A stretch of 64,000 nt of DNA from Octopus vulgaris (GCA_951406725.2 OX597815.1:68448001-68512000); one strand, 5' to 3'. Counted from the first letter of the stretch, positions 54,601-64,000 are shown. Notes: generated by a model from the sequence alone, not told the origin. Program-made: numbers and translations.

Positions 54601-57600
54601 AGAGAGATTGAATAGTCCTCCATGAGACAGCACTAACTGGATCTCATAGCCCTACACTTTCTCTGCTCATTTGTCAGCTACTTTATAGATTTGGTGCAAT
54701 TTCTCATGATGCCAACATTAGAACTTTGTCTGGAATCAGTATGCCTTAATTATGTTGCCTATTTCCTCAAACAGTTCTAGTTTACTGTCAATAATTTTAA
54801 GTTTATATTTAGTTTAAAATAGGCATCTGTGTATCATATTTATATATATATATATATATATACCATTGAGAGGCATGATGCAGTGGTTTTTGTTCAAAAA
54901 TCAATATCTTCATAGATCTGCCATTTTAGAAACACTGTCAGAGTGAGATAAAAATCATACCAGTAGTGATTCACAAAAATATCAGATGCATTTCAGATTT
55001 CTTGAGCCTAAGTCACTTAACTAAATTAAATCTGTTACCTCATAGGCAACAGTGGATAATACATTTGCTGATATTGCAAATAGCTGCTGGGCTGGAAAAT
55101 AATTTGTATGCAATTGAAACAGCATTAATGTTTCTCTCAAATGAAAGCCACAGCATCAACAGTTAAGTATGATACATAAATTGCTGTTTCAATTGTGTTT
55201 ACCAAATATTTAGTTTATTTCAATGGTTTTAACTTTGTTTTAATTTTATATTTAAATTATTTAAAATAATTTTAACTTTTTTATTTCTAGTTTTGAAACT
55301 GAAAACTGGTGATACAGATGCACATGAGTTTCTTACAGGAAGAAGCGCTCTGTCAGACCCTGCTGTTATCTCAAGTCTTAGCAATTCTCCAACTACCCAC
55401 ACACTGTCCAAGTTAACTTCCTCAGTATCATCCAGTGGCTTGAGCAAGAGTGCACCTGGCACTCCCATGGCCCCTGCTAAGCCACCTCGTGCTAGGATGA
55501 ATCACAACATACCACATCGGTTTGTTTCTGGTTACAACACGCGTGCAACTAAATGTGCTGTGTGCCTTGGAAATGTTCCATTTGTTTCACAAGCAAAGAA
55601 ATGCGAAGGTAAATATGCTGTACTTAACTTTTTCAGTAGCTAATAAATCCAACCCCTCTATCACATATTCTTTGTAAAGTTTTTAAATAGTATCTTTATT
55701 TTGTGGATCATCAGCATCATTTTATACCCACTTTCCATGCTGACATAGGTAAGACAAGTTGTCACAGTGTCATTTGTTATTGGGAGCTATTACTCCGTTA
55801 AACAGGTGCTCACGTTATTTGGTTTGATTTCTACATCAAAGCACCATTCCTATTGCCAACTACTTTACAGAATATAATTGGGTACATTTTCTTGTGACAT
55901 TGACACTAGAGAGGTTGAATAATCTTTAGCAAGACAGGATTAAAAGGACCTTTCTGCCCTATGCTTTATTGTTTATATGCAAACCACATTTTTTTTACAT
56001 CTAGCAATGGTTGGGAGAAAATAAATCAAAACCCAATCGGATAGTTACATACTTTCAGGGTTCCACAGTAATGGTAATTGATATTACTGAGTATTAATTC
56101 TGATACTGACATTTAATCCCTTTGCTACCAACCTGCCTGAATCCAATTTTCATTTTGGAAATAATAAAGAATTTAGTATACTTACTTTTATTTTTAAGCT
56201 GGTGGATGGAAGGATTTCATTTAGATCACTTTAAAACAAGGACTTTGTTCCAAGAACTAGGGGCAGTCTCAGGCAGATAGATATGAAAAGGGTTGGTCCT
56301 GTTTGTTTAACATTTGCTTCTTTCCAAGCAAAGTAATATTTCTCCATGGCCAGACATGTTGAAAGACTGGAAACAAACAATGTTGCATATGACAGTGACG
56401 CTCATTTACAATCATCACATGTCAAGTCAAGGGTACACACGTATGTGTGTGTGTCCACACACACACACTACAGTCTTCCTGCATTTTCCTCTACCAAATT
56501 CTCTCACATAGCATTGGTTGGCCTGGAGACTATAATAGAAGATACTCAAGCTGCCACTCAGACTGATTCTGAAGCAAATTTCTAAACCACACAGTTATGT
56601 CGCTGCTTCTAGCAATAAATTTCAAAATCAAAAACTAGTTTTGAGCTGACTCTACTTTCAGTAGATTACAGTGGGGTTTTTTTCTTCTTTTTGTTGACAA
56701 ATATGAAAATATCACATTTTGGGAAAGTATTTTAGAAATTTAGTATGCAAAGACACAGTGCTATAGTTTGAAGCTTGCTTCCCAGCCTTGTGGTTCAGTC
56801 CCACTGTGTGGCGCTTGCCAAAACCGTATGAATGGATTTGATAGACAGAAACTGAATGAAGTATGGTGTGTGTATGCACACGTGTGTGTGTGTTCTCTTG
56901 TCCTAACGTCATATGATGGTTGTAAACAAAGATCACCATCATACAAGTGATGTTTGTTTCCAGTTTGCTATGGAAAAAAAAAAATATATATATCTGACCA
57001 TGGGAAACATTATTTAGCTTGGAAATGGGTAAAGGTTTGCAATAGTAAGGGTATCCAGCTGTAGAAAATCTGCCTCAGCAGTTCCATAGAAAAGTGGCTG
57101 TTAAAATGATGATGGTGATGTGTTGACTTATTTCTTTTTCAGTTATGTGGGTGTCAGTTAATCTTTTGAGGGGAAAAAGCACAGAATATATTGAAATGTT
57201 CCTGGGATAATAAGTATTAACACACATTATACGTACCATTTTCTATTGTTTCTTTTGCAGAATGCCATATTGTGTGCCATATGAAATGTGCTTCACAAGT
57301 GCCACCCACCTGTGGACTATTACTGGAATATATTCAGAACTTTACATCTTGTATGCGTAGAATAGACTCCGCTGACACTGTGAATTCAAGTCAAACAAAT
57401 CCCTGTGAAATTTCAAGTTATCTTAAGATCCAAAGGTATACTGTTAACCCTTTTCTTATCATATTCCTGTTGAAATGTACTGATTTTATTTTACTTAATT
57501 TTGAAAATAATGAAGATGGGCAACCCCTTTGTGTTCACTTTGACCTTCTACAAAGATTAGCCAAATTATAAATGTTCATAGATAATGATATTCTTATATA

Positions 57601-60600
57601 TACACTGTCTGAAAAATTACTGGGTAGTCATGGTTGGGACATTTTTGATCAGTGATATGTATATTCAGTTAGACTGACCTATAGTTAAATAACATTACTC
57701 ATAACAAGGAAATAGTAGGCAATAAATACAATTGTTATCTAAGGGAGACAGACTACTTAGCAAAGACTGGCTGACTGTTTATCATAAACACAGGAACTGG
57801 AGGGTTATTTTGTTCTTATTTTTGCTTCTTACATTTTGTTCTTATTTTTGCTTCTTACATTTTTGAATATGTTGTAGTTCAAACTAACATGAAGGAAATA
57901 TTGTTATACTAATAACCAGAAAGGGTTTGCAGTAGACTTTCTCATCATAGAGTAATGTTTCCTTGAAGTGAATATATACATACTTTTAAAGACTAGATCT
58001 TGAAAGAGATTTCTGTGTGTTGGTTAGTGGGTCATACATCATTATCATTGTTTTTGCATCCACTTTTCCATGCTTGCAAGGGTCAGATGGAAATTGTCAA
58101 GGCAAATTCTTCCAAGGTTGGATGCCCTTTTTATCACCAACAACACTGCTCATATGGTTACACTCATTTACAATTGTTACATGTCAAAATAAGACACATT
58201 GGCACACATGTATGACAAGCTTCTTTCGATTTCCTTTTATCAGATCCACTCACAACACTTTTGAAAAATACTTGACCTAAGTATCACACAGTGGAATTGA
58301 ACTCAAAAACCATGACTGGGAAGCAAACTTCTTAGCCACAAAATCATGTCTACTCATTGAAAGCTAACTATGTAATACAATTGTTTTCAAAAACAAAACA
58401 TTAGTGCATTTTTTGTTTTTTCTTCAAATTCTTTTTATTGCATTCTTTAAATAAAATGAAAAATCACAGTAACATATATTTTGAAGGCGGCGAGCTGGCA
58501 GAAATGTTACCACACTGGGCGACATGCTTAGCGGTATTTCATCTGTCTTTACATTATGAGTTCAAATTCTGCTGAGGTCGAATTTGCCTTTCATCCTTTC
58601 AGGGTCGATAAATTAAGTACCAGTTACACACTGGGGTCAATGTAATCGGCTTAATCCCTTTGTCTGTCCTTGTTTGTCCCCTCTATGTTTAGCCCCTTGT
58701 GGGCAATAAAGAAATAAGTAACATACATTTTGAAAGGGGGTTATATACTAATTAAAATGGTTGTTGCATATTTGTCCACAGGAATATATTTCAATTACTG
58801 TGTAGTTTGAAAATATCTAAATAGTGTAATTTAAAGATATTTGGGTTGATTTCATGACAGAAATTTCAATTTAAGTTAAAGGAAATAGCACTTAATTTAT
58901 CTAAATTAGATTTACCATTTCCCACTTTATATACGTAGCATCTGTTTTAACATCTACTTTTTCCATTCTTGCATAGGTCAGATGAGATTATTTTTTAAGT
59001 AATAGTTCAAATTTTAAATATCAGATTTTAGTATTTCTTTAAAAATTCAAAGCTTCCAATTACCATTCCATTCCAAATTTTAGTTTATTCTAATCACCTT
59101 CATCATTTTTATGTCTGTCTTCCAGACTGGCATAGGTTGGGTAGTTCAGTGGACCCAGCAAGACAAAGCACCATCTCATGCTGCAGTGTCTCAGTTTGGG
59201 CGTGATTTTCACAGCTATATGTCCTTCTAGTGCCAACCACTTTATAGGATGTACTACGTACCTCCTCTTTCTGCGTGTGTAGTAGGGCACCAACATTAGT
59301 GAGTGAGATTGCCTTGTAACTGACATGACTAAAGAACCATCACAGGTAAGAGGAGAACGTGAGAGAGGTGATGAAAGGGTGAAGTACAATAAGAACAAGT
59401 TTATTGTAATATCTATGAAAATTTGAAATTACAATTTTTAATGGAAAGTCATGAGTATTACAGGAATTGGAGTATATGCATCTCAGTTGTTTGATATCAT
59501 TTCACTTCATACAGTCTTTTGAATGTATTCTATGTATGTATATATAGGAATACAATGTTTTAGGTAAGTGCTAGATGAAAATTTCTTAAATAACGATTGT
59601 ACTATTTCATTTTATTTTATCTCATTCGCTTGGAAAATTTGAAGACATTCTTTACCTGTATATAAATAAACTGAGGAACAATTCCTCATTTCTTCAAATT
59701 ATTATATAGTGTGCTGTTTTGTTGTTGGCAGGATCAACAAAACAAAACAGTACTCTATCCAGCAAGAGATAAATATCGCTTAATAAAAACAGAATTTATA
59801 TGTGAGCTACTATTTGATTCATGCTCCAATAGTACAATGTTTGTACGATCTTTATTAAATGTGTTTATTAAATGATATTCATATCAATATAATTTTTGTT
59901 TGTTTAATTTGTAGAAGTGGTAGAAATAGCTGGGATCAGTGTTGGGTGAAACTTGATGGAAATATGTTAATGATTTACAATGATGAAGACGACTCCTCAC
60001 CTATTGACTCTTTTGACTTGTATCCAACCACAAACAATGAAGTGGTGGTTCACAGTGCTGTGACAGCTGCTGAGCTTCCTAACACCGCTACTTCCGATCT
60101 GTTGTACATCATGAAAGTTGAAGAGATTCCAGACAACACTTGTTGGCCGGGCAAGTATGTAGTCACTTCTCAATACTTACTGAGTTGTTTCATTGTCTTT
60201 TGATCTTTTTCTTCCCTCTTTCCTCACTTTACTTGTTTTCTCTGTTTTACCATCGTCATCATCATCATTGTTTTAATGTCCATTTTTTACATGCTTGCCC
60301 AAAGTTCCACATAATGGTATTGAACTTGAAACCATATGATTGGGAACCAAACCATGCCCATTCCATTTAAATAATTTACCATTCTTCTTTCTTTTCACTT
60401 AAAATTATCTTTCATTCTTAAAAGTGTGTGTGTGTGTGTGTGCAATGTATACAAAGGTGAATTTTCTTTATACTTTATTTTTATTTATAAATAAACATAT
60501 TTTTAATATTTTCCAGTAAAATTTCTTTATCTTATATATTTTTACAATTGATTCAAATCTTTTTTGTTGCTCTTGAACAGTTCCAATAGTTATGTTCTTT

Positions 60601-60756
60601 TTCTAATGTGTGGTTAAATACATTAACTGATCTATTTATTCTATATGTCATTATAGAATTCTCTACCTCATGTGTATGAATTTCTCAGATAAGCAGCGCT
60701 GGGCTGCTGCATTGGAAGCTGTTGTTAAGAAGAGAAGCAATGCCAACAAACAAACG
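12343..60756 (+). CDS. CIT: Citron Rho-interacting kinase orthologue, partial multi-exon gene (coiled-coil, RBD region, C1, PH)
   Basis: About 20 exons with AG/GT boundaries join with consistent phases. The motifs [40 protein letters not shown] (C1) and CWPGK-ILYL....DKQRW..ALE.VV (end of PH) match vertebrate CIT as I recall it. Confidence 0.9.
12714..12797 (+). CDS. CIT: CIT exon ([28 protein letters not shown])
   Basis: ttaaag| ... |gtaagt; 84 nt, phase 0-0. Confidence 0.8.
14536..17385 (-). CDS. LINE ORF2: AP endonuclease + reverse transcriptase (no 5' AUG; frame open from 17385)
   Basis: SLNARSL, TETW, GDFN, LDL, SDH; [31 protein letters not shown]; CR1-type C-terminus [16 protein letters not shown]. 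Confidence 0.95.
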   Translation of the reverse strand, partial: KDYSNSGKLSQDNLPSSTHHHKLRAGYKLLSLNARSLCNKIHLFNAYVRSVDPDFITVTETWAHSLLCDGVFNITGYNLFRKDRTNRCGGGVMVYVRSNFLVIPCADLNESQEEVFFCDVRMTMSTLLLGVVYRPPNYHQDTQLCNILRAAARKTATYVFIAGDFNHPEIDWETFRWPQSANDFVELVLDSNWSQVVTSPTRGDNTLDLLFTTTPEAVINCTTEEPLGDSDHAMIIANLALAGNKHLNHLQSASFDWKRADWNLYHTELQHPNWREFYNSGDVNTILQSILDSIWAVCAASVPRKQKKKNRPKRAIWETSAVRLARKERRTTEQEYKLHKSDTNRKKRNKSSNHLKQVTKNAVLEFEQCIAANPDSKVFWKYVHSKQRPHSPVGSLRNPHTNQITDDPKECTELIAECYANIFTVESQNVPSSPSLTANSITTMEFTPAMLRRHLQNKCNYASPGLDGVTYLLLKRGRHFLLHQLSIFFQYCLNNGATPEQWKTASVIPLFKKGDRTSPVNYRPVSLTSCIAKLMESCVRETLWNFWSSHSLIRPSQYGFVPNSSCSDQLVEFLEDITQITDSGSWVDVVYLDFAKAFNSVPHKRLMVKLSAMGVGDDLFNWLKSFILSRKEVVTVLGQHSTPYEMSSGVPQGSVLGPLLFVAYINDIDANLKNATVLKYADDIKLYLEIKRTDPDVYNSFLQSDLDTMQQWITDWQLKLAVDKCTTMHFGRKNPASTYSLHNTDIKKSSCERDLGITVSSDLHWTKHISKIVKKAEGVLASLSKTFVSHSPAIYLKLYTAMVRPHLEFASSVWNPYLAQNIDLLESVQRRATKHIPSIRHLPYSERLVSLGMDSLKLRRLATDLVNTHKVINHLTNNNTEHLFDLHVSNTRGHAYKVRKQHSSHDFRKHFFTLRVAEAWNKLPASVVDCHDTASFKALMLPEIRRNYT
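17358..18530 (-). CDS. LINE ORF1 (390 aa): PHD-like finger, polyQ, coiled-coil, RRM-like C-terminus
   Basis: CHIC..WVECGTC...C..C..W.FQCQAC; [23 protein letters not shown]; first ATG inside the TSD-defined element is at 18530. Confidence 0.88.
   Translation of the reverse strand: MTRSNRIAMVESIAACDKTGCCSKIEHCPENHTCHICTEPENTFRNRWVECGTCLISVCLQCATDFQKIPGQKKSHHNAMMDRLWKMVQLKSWTFQCQACVPPQPTIVSPPFTPVEEAEQQQQQQQNQPQLEQQQQQQQQQQQQQNQPQPEQQQQQHQQQQQQQQKQPQPEQQQQQQQQQHQLTSAVLAELQQSICALRGEVAGIKATIQVGLHNEGSYRNALLKNLPVPVPLVASKTADSATHEVIAIGVPEDMADLQAFAANSAKDLGCVTPTGAICLGRPGPKPRLIKLSFSDHTEATSYHLASVKAGRENRTTFRTRPGLPSDLRPKLRVAASLNRNSALQESFSLREDGQIWRFVKTDETWKRDTSWSECSLPTITKKTTATQGN
17985..18173 (-). repeat. 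CAA/CAG compound repeat encoding (Q)n-[NK]QPQ[LP]E units
   Basis: Directly visible higher-order repeat inside ORF1. Confidence 0.95.
18855..18893 (+). CDS. CIT: CIT small exon ([13 protein letters not shown])
   Basis: Long T tract then catcag| ... aag|gtttgt; 39 nt, phase 0-0. Confidence 0.75.
19194..19725 (-). mobile_element. 5'-truncated copy of the same CR1 LINE
   Basis: Near-identical to 14461-14990, including the (ATT)n tail. Confidence 0.95.
19905..20272 (+). mobile_element. tRNA-derived SINE (OK-like)
   Basis: A/B-box-like head catggctgtgtg.ttaagaag..gggtttcagtc and tail ccccagcatggccgc..tgactgaa. Confidence 0.75.
20377..20441 (+). CDS. CIT: CIT exon ([21 protein letters not shown]..) with a possible internal donor at 20400
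   Basis: taacag| ... aa|gtaagc; phase 0-2, fits the 23409 exon. Confidence 0.65.
21494..21591 (+). CDS. CIT: Candidate alternative CIT exon ([32 protein letters not shown]..)
   Basis: actag| ... ag|gttatc; open only in phase 0, ends in phase 2; weak donor. Confidence 0.5.
21833..22007. mobile_element. Degenerate pogo/Tigger-like MITE
   Basis: Imperfect TIRs tatttacttgtgtata / tatacatgagtaaata. Confidence 0.45.
22370..23350 (+). pseudogene. Old RTE LINE RT relic with a SINE insertion
   Basis: [17 protein letters not shown] (cf. VGVHQGSVLSPLLF), ELLYTD (cf. ELLYADD), VNIRKTK, YRSETW. Confidence 0.7.
23409..23541 (+). CDS. CIT: CIT exon ([44 protein letters not shown])
   Basis: ttttcag| ... 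aag|gtgtga; phase 2-0. Confidence 0.85.
24712..24867 (+). CDS. CIT: CIT exon ([34 protein letters not shown])
   Basis: ttttag| ... cag|gtaact; 156 nt. Confidence 0.85.
27500..27730 (+). CDS. CIT: CIT exon ([23 protein letters not shown])
   Basis: tgcag| ... tcg|gtaagt; 231 nt, coiled-coil heptads. Confidence 0.88.
28600..28845. repeat. (TG)/(TA) microsatellite cluster
   Basis: Dinucleotide runs seen directly. Confidence 0.9.
29243..29335 (+). CDS. CIT: Candidate cassette or alternative first exon ([31 protein letters not shown])
   Basis: Strong cag|gtaatt donor and an open frame-preserving 93 nt; in-frame aaaATG at 29267; weak acceptor. Confidence 0.45.
31819..32471 (+). mobile_element. 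piggyBac-derived MITE interrupted by a SINE
   Basis: ttaa-start and ggtaacaaaaagg-ttaa end resemble the termini of the 34671-35712 element. Confidence 0.55.
32585..32868 (+). mobile_element. RTE 3'UTR/SINE tail, young copy
   Basis: Tandem gtgccggtggcacgtaaaagcacc units, gagtggttggcgttaggaagggcatccagc, (GAT)n tail; CpGs retained. Confidence 0.85.
34671..35712 (+). mobile_element. Internally deleted piggyBac transposon
   Basis: TTAA TSD on both sides; TIR ccctttcgttac / gtaacaaaaggg; ORF 34906-35343 is a PGBD-like N-terminus ([28 protein letters not shown]). Confidence 0.93.
36152..36235 (+). CDS. CIT: CIT exon ([28 protein letters not shown])
   Basis: tttcag| ... aga|gtaagt; 84 nt. Confidence 0.85.
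36335..37290 (+). mobile_element. Head-to-tail cluster of about 5 OR-type SINEs
   Basis: Repeated gcag.gagctggcag..ttctgagttcaaat..gataaaat..gtacca units separated by (ATT)n. Confidence 0.8.
38311..38427 (+). CDS. CIT: CIT exon ([39 protein letters not shown])
   Basis: ttatag| ... agg|gtgtgt; 117 nt. Confidence 0.85.
38549..38658 (+). CDS. CIT: CIT exon ([27 protein letters not shown])
   Basis: gacag| ... ag|gtattt; phase 0-2. Confidence 0.85.
39625..39940 (+). pseudogene. Mariner transposase fragment
   Basis: [39 protein letters not shown]. Confidence 0.8.
41207..41295. repeat. (CT)n microsatellite
   Basis: Long perfect CT run about 120 nt upstream of the 41418 exon. Confidence 0.97.
41418..41501 (+). 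CDS. CIT: CIT exon ([27 protein letters not shown])
   Basis: tttcag| ... ag|gtaaaa; phase 2-2. Confidence 0.85.
42143..42359 (-). mobile_element. OR-type SINE
   Basis: Good match to the 58485 copy; flanked by the direct repeat ccaaggaaaa(a)tatt. Confidence 0.85.
43208..43267. repeat. (TA)n microsatellite
   Basis: Seen directly. Confidence 0.97.
44025..46562 (-). mobile_element. Gypsy LTR retrotransposon, internally deleted and decayed
   Basis: LTRs 46335-46562 and 44025-44294 (TG..CA); TSD ATGGT/ATGAT; PBS-like tctgctgacgaggat; PPT aaaaggggggga; gag with a CCHC remnant and RT start [13 protein letters not shown]. Confidence 0.92.
47817..48008. mobile_element. Tc1-like MITE
   Basis: TIRs cacggtgggccaaaagtca / tggcttttggcccactctg followed by TA. 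Confidence 0.75.
48623..48758 (+). CDS. CIT: CIT exon ([45 protein letters not shown])
   Basis: tttcag| ... caa|gtactg; phase 2-0. Confidence 0.82.
49550..51060 (+). mobile_element. Merlin/IS1595 (ISXO2)-like DNA transposon relic
   Basis: [46 protein letters not shown]; subterminal inverted repeats ~49680-49720 and ~50978-51020. Confidence 0.75.
51100..51420 (-). mobile_element. Third tRNA-derived SINE family
   Basis: Head gtggcttagtggttaa and core ccttgagtaagacacttta..cactcagctg; related copy at ~12888-13110 (+). Confidence 0.65.
51430..51650. repeat. (TG)/(TA) microsatellite cluster
   Basis: Seen directly. Confidence 0.9.
52146..52250 (+). CDS. CIT: CIT exon ([27 protein letters not shown])
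   Basis: ttttag| ... ctg|gtaggt; 105 nt. Confidence 0.85.
52382..52522 (+). CDS. CIT: CIT exon ([25 protein letters not shown])
   Basis: tattag| ... cag|gtaaca; 141 nt. Confidence 0.85.
53647..53757 (+). CDS. CIT: CIT exon ([37 protein letters not shown])
   Basis: ttttag| ... aag|gtatgt; resembles CIT EK...E..ISQQTKLIDFLQ..PAKKKK. Confidence 0.9.
53890..54058 (+). CDS. CIT: CIT exon ([38 protein letters not shown])
   Basis: tttcag| ... g|gttaat; phase 0-1. Confidence 0.85.
55291..55608 (+). CDS. CIT: CIT exon, Ser-rich linker plus first half of the C1 domain
   Basis: ttctag| ... g|gtaaat; [24 protein letters not shown]. Confidence 0.93.
57261..57435 (+). CDS. CIT: CIT exon, second half of C1 and start of PH
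   Basis: ttgcag| ... ag|gtatac; [19 protein letters not shown]. Confidence 0.93.
58485..58716 (+). mobile_element. OR-type SINE, young copy with a long TSD
   Basis: aggcggcgagctggcagaaa..gagttcaaattc..ggggtcgataaattaagtaccag; flanked by agtaacata(t/c)attttgaa on both sides. Confidence 0.88.
59915..60154 (+). CDS. CIT: CIT exon, PH domain
   Basis: ttgtag| ... aa|gtatgt; [30 protein letters not shown]. Confidence 0.93.
60657..60756 (+). CDS. CIT: CIT exon, end of PH domain
   Basis: ttatag| ... acg|gtatgt; [25 protein letters not shown]. Confidence 0.92.
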
Positions 60757-61633
60757 GTATGTTCTTTATGGGTTTGATATATCAAACAAATATCTGTTGA
60801 ACCATACCACTTTTCTATGCCTTTGTATGTCAGATGGGGTTAATTGTGGCAGATTTTCTGCAGCTAGGTGCCCTTCCTGTTGCTAACACTCACCTGTTTT
60901 TAGTAAGGTAATACTTTTCATAGCCAGATATATTTTTGCAGGTTATTAGAAATGACACTGCTTATATGAGAGTAATATTCATTTACAACTATCACACACT
61001 ATCATGACAAAGGGACATTCACATACACAATGACTTATGCAAGCATGGAAAAGTGTACATTAAAGTGGTAATGATGGTTAGATAGATAGATAGATCAAAC
61101 AGGCTTCTTTCAGTTTCCTTGTACCATACTCACTCACAAGGCATTAGTTGGACCATGTCTATGGTAGAAGACATTTGGCTAAGTTGCTGCAGTGTGGGAC
61201 TGAGTCTTAAGCTATGTGTTTGGGAAGCAAACTTCTTACTGCAGAGCCATACCTGTAGAATATAATAAAAATGAATTGTTACTTGTCTATACATTCAAAG
61301 ACAGTGTGGAAGAAGAATGCCTTACTCATAAAATTGATAAGGTTTAATGATAGGAAGGTTACCCAGCAGTAAAATAGTCTCCCAATAATGTCTTCATCCA
61401 ACATCTGCTAGCATAGAAAAGCAAATGTTATATAAACAAATGAATACAGCTTAAACATGATGTCTAATAAATTGTAATCTCTGATAATTAAACATCTAAT
61501 TAAAAATAACTTATCTAAATATTATTGTATGTAGAATATTTTAAAGTATTTTGTTGCATCTTGAGAGTGTCATTATGCCAATAATAAACACATGCACTGA
61601 TTCTATCTCACTTTTTTATTATTATTAGTTAAT

Positions 61634-63043
61634 TGTTGATGATCTTGCTCTAATAGCTGAGTTACTGCCAGAACTAGAGACAAAGTTTAGGGTGTGGAAG
61701 CAAGGTCTAGAATCAAAGGGCCTTAGGGTTAACCTAGCAAAAACCAAAGTCTTAGTAAGGAGGAAGGCTGATAAATCACAAACCCCTTCAGGTAGATGGC
61801 CCTGCTCGATCTGTAGAAAAGGCATGGGTAGGAACTCCATGCGATGTACCCAGTGTAAGCTATGGACACATAAAAGGTGCAGCAATATCGAAGGAAGGTT
61901 AACCAGGAAGATAGTTTTTGTGTGTGGCAGATGCACAGGAGCAATAAACACTGAAGATGTACAGAAAACAGATTCCATCACATGCCAAGAGAAAAAGGAA
62001 GTTGTTGATAACTTCTGCTACCTAGGCAATCAAGTCTGTAGTGGGGGTGGTTGCTCTGGGTGTGTAGCAGCTAGAATAAGAATAACCTGGGCAAAGTTCA
62101 GGGAGCTCCTACCTCTGCTGGCAACTGAGGGCCTCTTGCTCAGGATGAAAGGTAGACTGTATAATGCATGTGTGCGAACTACCATGCTACATGGCAGTGA
62201 AACATGGACCATGACTGCTGAGGACATGCATAGGCTTGAAAGAAATGAAGCTAGTATGATCTGCTGGAAGTATAATGTCCATGTGCATACACAACAGAGT
62301 GTAAGTGCCCTGAGAGAAATGTTGGACATAAGAAGCAGCAAATGTGGTGTGCAAGAGAGACGACTGCACTGATATGGTCATGTGTTACATATGGATGAGG
62401 ATAGCTGTGTGAGGAAGTTCCACACCCTAACTGTGAAAGGAACCTCTGGAAGAGGTAGACCCAGGAAGACATGGGATGAGATGGTGAAGCATGACCTACG
62501 AACATTGGGCTTCACAGAGGCAATGACAGGAGACCAAGACCTTTGGAGTTATGCAGTGATTGAGAAGACCTGGCAAGTAAAGTGAGATCATGGCCATTGC
62601 CAGTGTTGCATGTCCAGCCATTTAAGAGTGCCCTTGATGCGTCAGGTGATATAATATGTTCGAAAAGACCTGTTGAGTCGAGTAAAACCAAAATCGTAGC
62701 TGTGGCCAGTGACCCTGACTGGCTCCTGTTCCGGTGGCACGTAAAATGCATCATTCGAACATGGCCGATACCAGTATCTCCTGACTGGCTCCTGTGCCAG
62801 TGGCACATAAGAAGCACTATCTGAATGTGATTGATGCCAGGCCCACCTGACTGGCTTCTGTGCCAGTTACACGTAAAAAGCATCCACTACACTCTCGGAG
62901 TGGTTGGTGTTAGGAAGGGTATTCAGCTGTAGAAATATTGCCAGATCAGATTGGAGCCTGGTGCAGCCGCTAGCTCTACAGACCTCAGTCAAACCGTCCA
63001 GCCCATGCCAGCATGGAAAACAGACGTTAAACAATGATGATGA
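61634..63043 (+). mobile_element. 5'-truncated RTE-clade LINE with a PHD-like finger in the RT C-terminal region
   Basis: DDLALIAE, GLRVNLAKTKVL, FCYLG, LHGSETW, GRGRPRKTW; tandem-repeat 3'UTR and (GAT)n tail; one in-frame stop at 62370-62372. Confidence 0.92.
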
Positions 63044-64000
63044 ATTGGTTATCGTTTAACCAATTAACTGATTGATTGTTTGGTTTATCATTAGATCAAT
63101 CAATCAGTCTGCTAAGTGTGTCAAAGTCCTTTCGCAACCTCATCAATGACCTGCCTAAAACAGAGCTGGAGTAGAGAAGACATATTACTGATGAGGTTGA
63201 TTTTGATAAAGCTGATTGATCAATCGACTGAACAGTTTATCAAATAATTGGTTAATTAATTGGTTAAAAGATTAACCAATTAACAATAAAGAATCTTGCA
63301 AACTAAATACAAAAATGAAGTATTGTAATTAAAAGTAATTTCTATCTTTTTAATGTACAGTCCTCCCACCCCCACATAAAATATATATATATATGATTAT
63401 AAACTTAATTTCTCTGTTCTTTTCCTTACAGATATTGTTTAGATTTCTCTACATTTGGAACTAGTGTATTACATGGCCATGGTTAAGCTTAGTAGTAGAA
63501 TCACAAAAGTTCCAAAAGTATTAAGCCACTATAGAGTAGTTGACATTAGGAAGGGAAGCCAGCCATAGAAGCTATGTCGCAGCTGACACTGGAGTACAAT
63601 GCAGCTCTACAGCTTGCAAGATCCTATCAAACTGTTGAACGCATGCCAGCATGGAAAATGGACATTAAATGAGGATGATATTAAGTGTTATTTATAGTAT
63701 GCTAGAAGGGAGTATGTTGGGCTAAATACTATTATTATTAGGAGCAAAGAGGTACACAGAAGTGAATGTGAAATCTGTGGTCAACTGATTGCAAAGTCAA
63801 ACTTGAATTTCTTCAGTTCAAAGAACCCAGGAACACTGGATTTTATAATTTTCATTTAAGTCATCTGTCAAAGAAAGTTAAATATATTGCTCCAAAACCT
63901 CACCTAGAACTGGATAAAGACTTTCTACTCATCTCCACAAATTAATCACAGCAAAGTGTGACTTCTCAATGAATTCACTTAGACTGTATTTCAACAAATA

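Noticed and set aside
58485-58580. tRNA genes
   Set aside because: A/B-box heads continue into SINE bodies, with no complete cloverleaf
62700-62885. CRISPR-like repeat-spacer array
   Set aside because: Eukaryotic context, intervening sequences are similar to one another, and it is part of the RTE 3'UTR
63432-63465. Next CIT (CNH) exon after the ttacag acceptor
   Set aside because: In-frame TAG after 10 codons in the required phase and no CNH similarity

Overview
AT-rich eukaryotic genomic DNA. The SINE repertoire (OK/OR-type tRNA-derived SINEs with RTE-like tails) points to an octopod cephalopod, which is an inference. About 20 GT-AG exons on the + strand (12343..60756) join in frame to encode the coiled-coil, Rho-binding region, C1 and PH domains of a citron Rho-interacting kinase (CIT/sticky) orthologue; the kinase and CNH exons were not found in the window. 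The introns are packed with transposons: a Penelope-like element with an inverted pLTR, a 310-bp foldback element, mariner, internally deleted piggyBac and Gypsy elements, a Merlin-like relic, RTE LINE fragments and many SINEs. Most notable is a full-length, apparently intact 4.1-kb CR1-clade LINE on the - strand. Its PHD/polyQ ORF1 ends at a G-GGA-AAC slippery heptamer that sits in -1 register with an AUG-less APE-RT ORF2, suggesting programmed -1 ribosomal frameshifting. Other leads are phase-coupled alternative splicing, a candidate internal first exon for a kinase-less CIT isoform, hammerhead-like motifs and long intronic dsRNA. Coordinates were read by hand and TE boundaries are approximate.
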